Source of the DNA: Rhodosorus marinus CCMP1338
Taxonomy: Eukaryota; Plantae; Rhodophyta
Length of the DNA: 64,000 nt
Direction of reading: 5' to 3'
Assembly: GCA_029953675.1 (NCBI GenBank)
Contig: JAMWBK010000011.1
Coordinates: forward strand, 1,178,001 to 1,242,000
In this document: positions 60,660-64,000 of the stretch, in pieces
Layout of the letters: the number at the start of each line of letters is the position of its first letter
Position numbering within the stretch: the stretch's first letter is position 1
Program-made: the position numbers and the translations under genes
Notes under the pieces: model-generated
Seen by the model: the letters and a program-made list of their open reading frames with translations, nothing else
What the model was told of the DNA's origin: nothing
Database searches by the model: none

Positions 60660-62374
60660 CTTTCCTTCCTTGGTCCTTTCAACACATAAATTTCTCAAGT
60701 TTTAGCTCTCTAGTGCTCTGCTAACTCCATACGACTCACACAAGGACGTACGCATCTACTACATACGTGATCGTTTTATACTGATCACATCTTAAGAATT
60801 CATCCTGTCCTACTCGCAATGCTATCGCTATCCTCCAGGAATCTGCTGAAATGTATCGGTGTTCCTAGCAAACCATTCCGAAAACTAACAATCGACGCTA
60901 AACTATCAAACAGTAGGAAAAAATGAATCCCCCGATTTCTAAAATAAGATCGGAATAACTTGAATTAAAGTTCAATTATCGCACATACATTCAATACTTA
61001 TGAAAATTCTTTTTTCCTGGATTTCTATTAATAGATTTAGGGCGCTCTCCCCTGCGATTGGTTTTGGTTTTCAAAAAAACGGGACAGACTGTCGAATGGA
61101 GGAGGAGACGGAGGGGACCTGCGGATGGGGCTGATATCAGCCCGAACTGTCCTCCAGTGTGCCGTGCCCTATCGACTTGGGCTGGTGGGATTGGTGTGCC
61201 TGGATAGGCTCTCTCTGCTCAGTTTTGCTTTGTAGCTACTCTTGATGAGGATTTTGAATGGCGGGATGAGAACCGATGATGTAGTGCTCTGCCGGCGCTA
61301 TTCGAGAGAAACTGACGCCAGTACTGCTTTGAGGCTTTCGTGATTGCTGGATTAACTGTAGGTCTTCCCGGGTTGGATTTGCTCAACTTCATATCGGCAT
61401 GAGTTTGCTTAAGTTTCTGTCGAGAGCGTTGGGAAAGGTGCTGTCCAAATTCTGGGGTTGGGACTAGCGAATCCATAACCTTGACCCCTTCCCTGGATGC
61501 GATAATTTATCGGATAAACCAGATTCTGCTAGGAGCCCGACATTCCGGGGCCATACGCTTGAAGGCACTTGAGCCGTGTTTTTACGGATCCTTTTTTCTA
61601 TCAATGTCAGCATATGGTCTTCACCAAAGCCGTTAGCTGCCACAGACGCGCGCGCGGTCATCTAGAATTCCAGCACAGTACCAAGTCCATGAACAGCAGT
61701 GCGGGTCAAAGTGTTTCTACAGCGAACACCATGCTGTCGCTGTTCACAGAGCAAGCCAGCGTTATCACGAAAAGCTCACCAGCTTCCATCAATCTAATAC
61801 TCAAAAACTCAATCAAATACCGCAGAGCTTAGTCAAGCACATTGGTCTGATATGGGGACCACATGGCAGATCGCCTACAAAGCTTCTGGACTGAGGGTAA
61901 GCTGCGAGCTCGTGGTGGAGATTCGCAGTTGGGATGAGATGTTAAAAGCAGCTGGAAGTTTTCATCACCAACTACAAATGATGATGAACTACAAATAGGT
62001 CGTGGAGGAGGTTGTTTTGATCGTTGGGTAGTTGCCAAGTCGGGAGAGCTTCTGTGTTGAGGCTTGATCGCGGGGTCAAACACCTGGAACTGGTTTTTCT
62101 GGATTCTCATCGTTACATCATCGTCTCGCCTTCTGGCTTAGTATTTGCGTGTACGACAGTGGGCATGGAATGTCCCGAAGCCTGCTTTTGTACATGCGAA
62201 GATTAAGGGAGGAGTTGAGCCGGTGGTTCGGCGCTGTGAATCTGTTGGAACCATCTTGAGGTGAACAAGGCCTAACTTTAGCGAGGATTTGGTAAGACGC
62301 TGAAGCGAGCAAGGCCTTAGGACTATATAGCACAGATAATCTCCGAGCAGAGTGTGATCGCATGATCACGAGAA

Positions 62375-62498
62375 GCGTGAACCAAATCCGGGAGGAAGAC
62401 GGTTCCCAGCTGGAGGCGCACGCGGTGGAAAGGTATAGATTTGTTCTCGAACACACACTGCACAATAGCCGTGAGCACCTAGACATAGAAGAATCTGA
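62375..62498. repeat. 124-bp dispersed direct repeat, copy 2
   Basis: Three mismatches relative to 58547-58670. Confidence 0.92.
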
Positions 62499-63162
62499 GG
62501 GCTAATTAGAAACGTAACTGAGGTGCTCAAGACCGCTTGAACTCCAACACAACCTTCATGATGGGGTTCATATCTGCCTTTGTCTTCGGTGGCTGGGTCA
62601 TGAGATGTGGAAATTGATAGAAGATGTGATCATGGAGTCAGCCAGAGCGAATCTGAGGTGCGGAGGTAAGACAGATTCCTCCACATGGCCGCCTGAAGAG
62701 CCAAACTAGCCCGGATGTGGTTCATATCTGCCTATTTTGTGGGTGGTTGGGTCATGATGTGACGAAATTCATGGAACAAACGCCCAGAGGAAGGATAGGC
62801 GGAACGATAACCAAACGGTAACTCTTACCAAGACGGTACGTGGCAATTTGGTCTAAGAGCTCGTGGCATCACCACTCCAGGATAATAGATTTAGATTGCA
62901 ATGTCAAGTCTTTTTGCGGAACGGATTCGTTCATCATGGGCGAGAAGAATCGGCAGCGCCGTTTGCTCGAGCTTGAGTGGAATTGTGCTTTCTGTTAATT
63001 GATTGAACGCGCTTTGGACGTCGTTCGTTGTGAATTCTGACCTCGTCCCGTAGAGCTTTTGAAAGCCGAGATCTGGTTCCCTCGCGATACGGAGACGATG
63101 GAGGTGTGGCCTGAGGTAGCTAACGCTTTTTTTCATCCTGGAAGCGCGGAAAATCAGGTATC

Positions 63163-64000
63163 ATGGGTGGAAAGGACGCTGCTGTCGAGGACCGAACGGT
63201 AAAAGCAAAGGAAGCAAGCCCAAAACCTGAGGTGGAGCCCTCCAAGAAGTCTGAGAAGACTTATGCTAATTCCGTTGAAAAACTGCCTGAAGCGGAGGGG
63301 AGTGCATCGTTAAAAGTTGAGCTCTCAAGTGAGCAGCCATGGAAGAGTCATGAGAAGGCGAATGAGGTTGATCCAATGGAAGACAAAGCTGTACATTTGT
63401 CGATCCGGCTTGAAGCGGACAAGAATCTATTGTCGTTGCTGAAATCAGTTTCTCGCAGAACGAACCTTGCATTAAGCAGCTCCGGAGTAGCCCTGATAGG
63501 GCCGAAGTGGTTGACGGCAAGACTACGCCCTTGGGAATTCCGACGGAGGTCTCTCACCGGAGTCCAACCCTCGACGATTTGATTGCCAGCAATGATATCT
63601 GGAATGTCCTCGAGGACCCGCTCAGACGCGTAGTCGAAGGCACCTCAACAAAACAATCACATATCTGTCTCATACTGAGCCTCGACGGTTTACTATGTTT
63701 TCGGGAGACCGGAAAACTGTACTCGGGCTGTCAGACCCAGTTTGCCTTGGCTCGTGAGCCTGATTTTCCGGGGAATTCCCAGGGGACCTCTCTAGGAGGC
63801 GTTGGATCCGCAAAAGCACTGGCCTGCTCTTCTTCTACGCGTTCCGCCGCGCCTCCGTTGGATTCTGGAGCTTGGCTGATTCTGGCAATGCTAAGGACAC
63901 TCTGGACGGTCTGCGAACCAGCAAGCTCCTTTCCTCGTTTCAGAAGCCATTGTTCACTTTCAACCGGAACGAGATTGAGAAAGGATCGTGTTTGGAAAAA
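63163..64000 (+). CDS. Hypothetical protein, charged N-terminus; probably runs off the window
   Basis: 139-aa ATG ORF with Lys/Glu-rich composition. The downstream frame continuation is unresolved. Confidence 0.35.

Noticed and set aside
1-64000. CRISPR arrays, tRNA or rRNA genes, telomeric repeats
   Set aside because: None were seen; the only regular tandem repeats (15 bp and 28 bp) lack spacers.

Overview
This is a gene-dense eukaryotic nuclear region with short GT-AG introns. It is probably from a unicellular red alga; that is an inference from MAFV/MGFV-type plastid transit peptides and compact introns. Bases 1-24.5 kb hold mostly housekeeping genes: a DnaJ 3' end, succinyl-CoA ligase alpha, plastid GrpE, a sulfotransferase-like gene, a DUF218 protein, a RING-H2 E3, a TadA-like deaminase, eIF2-gamma, an XRN, APC6/CDC16 and an F-box protein. 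Bases 24.5-43.1 kb are a transposon-rich island. It contains a near-full-length two-ORF non-LTR retrotransposon of CRE type with a restriction-like endonuclease, six 3'-end remnants of the same family, a hAT remnant, and an intronless 914-aa secreted protein with two rearranged local copies. Bases 43.3-64 kb hold a HAD-family gene, a mitochondrial-type KAS and an ePHD/HMG gene that share a ~730-bp fold-back intergenic region, LYRM1, and four tandem ERF2/ZDHHC9-like palmitoyltransferases. The strongest candidate for an undescribed system is that array: two paralogs keep DHHC, while two read SHHS yet retain all zinc ligands. Next are the retroelement's AUGUCUGA start/stop overlap and micro-insertions, and the fold-back promoter. 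No tRNA, rRNA or CRISPR array was seen. All alignments and identities were estimated by eye and no database searches were run.
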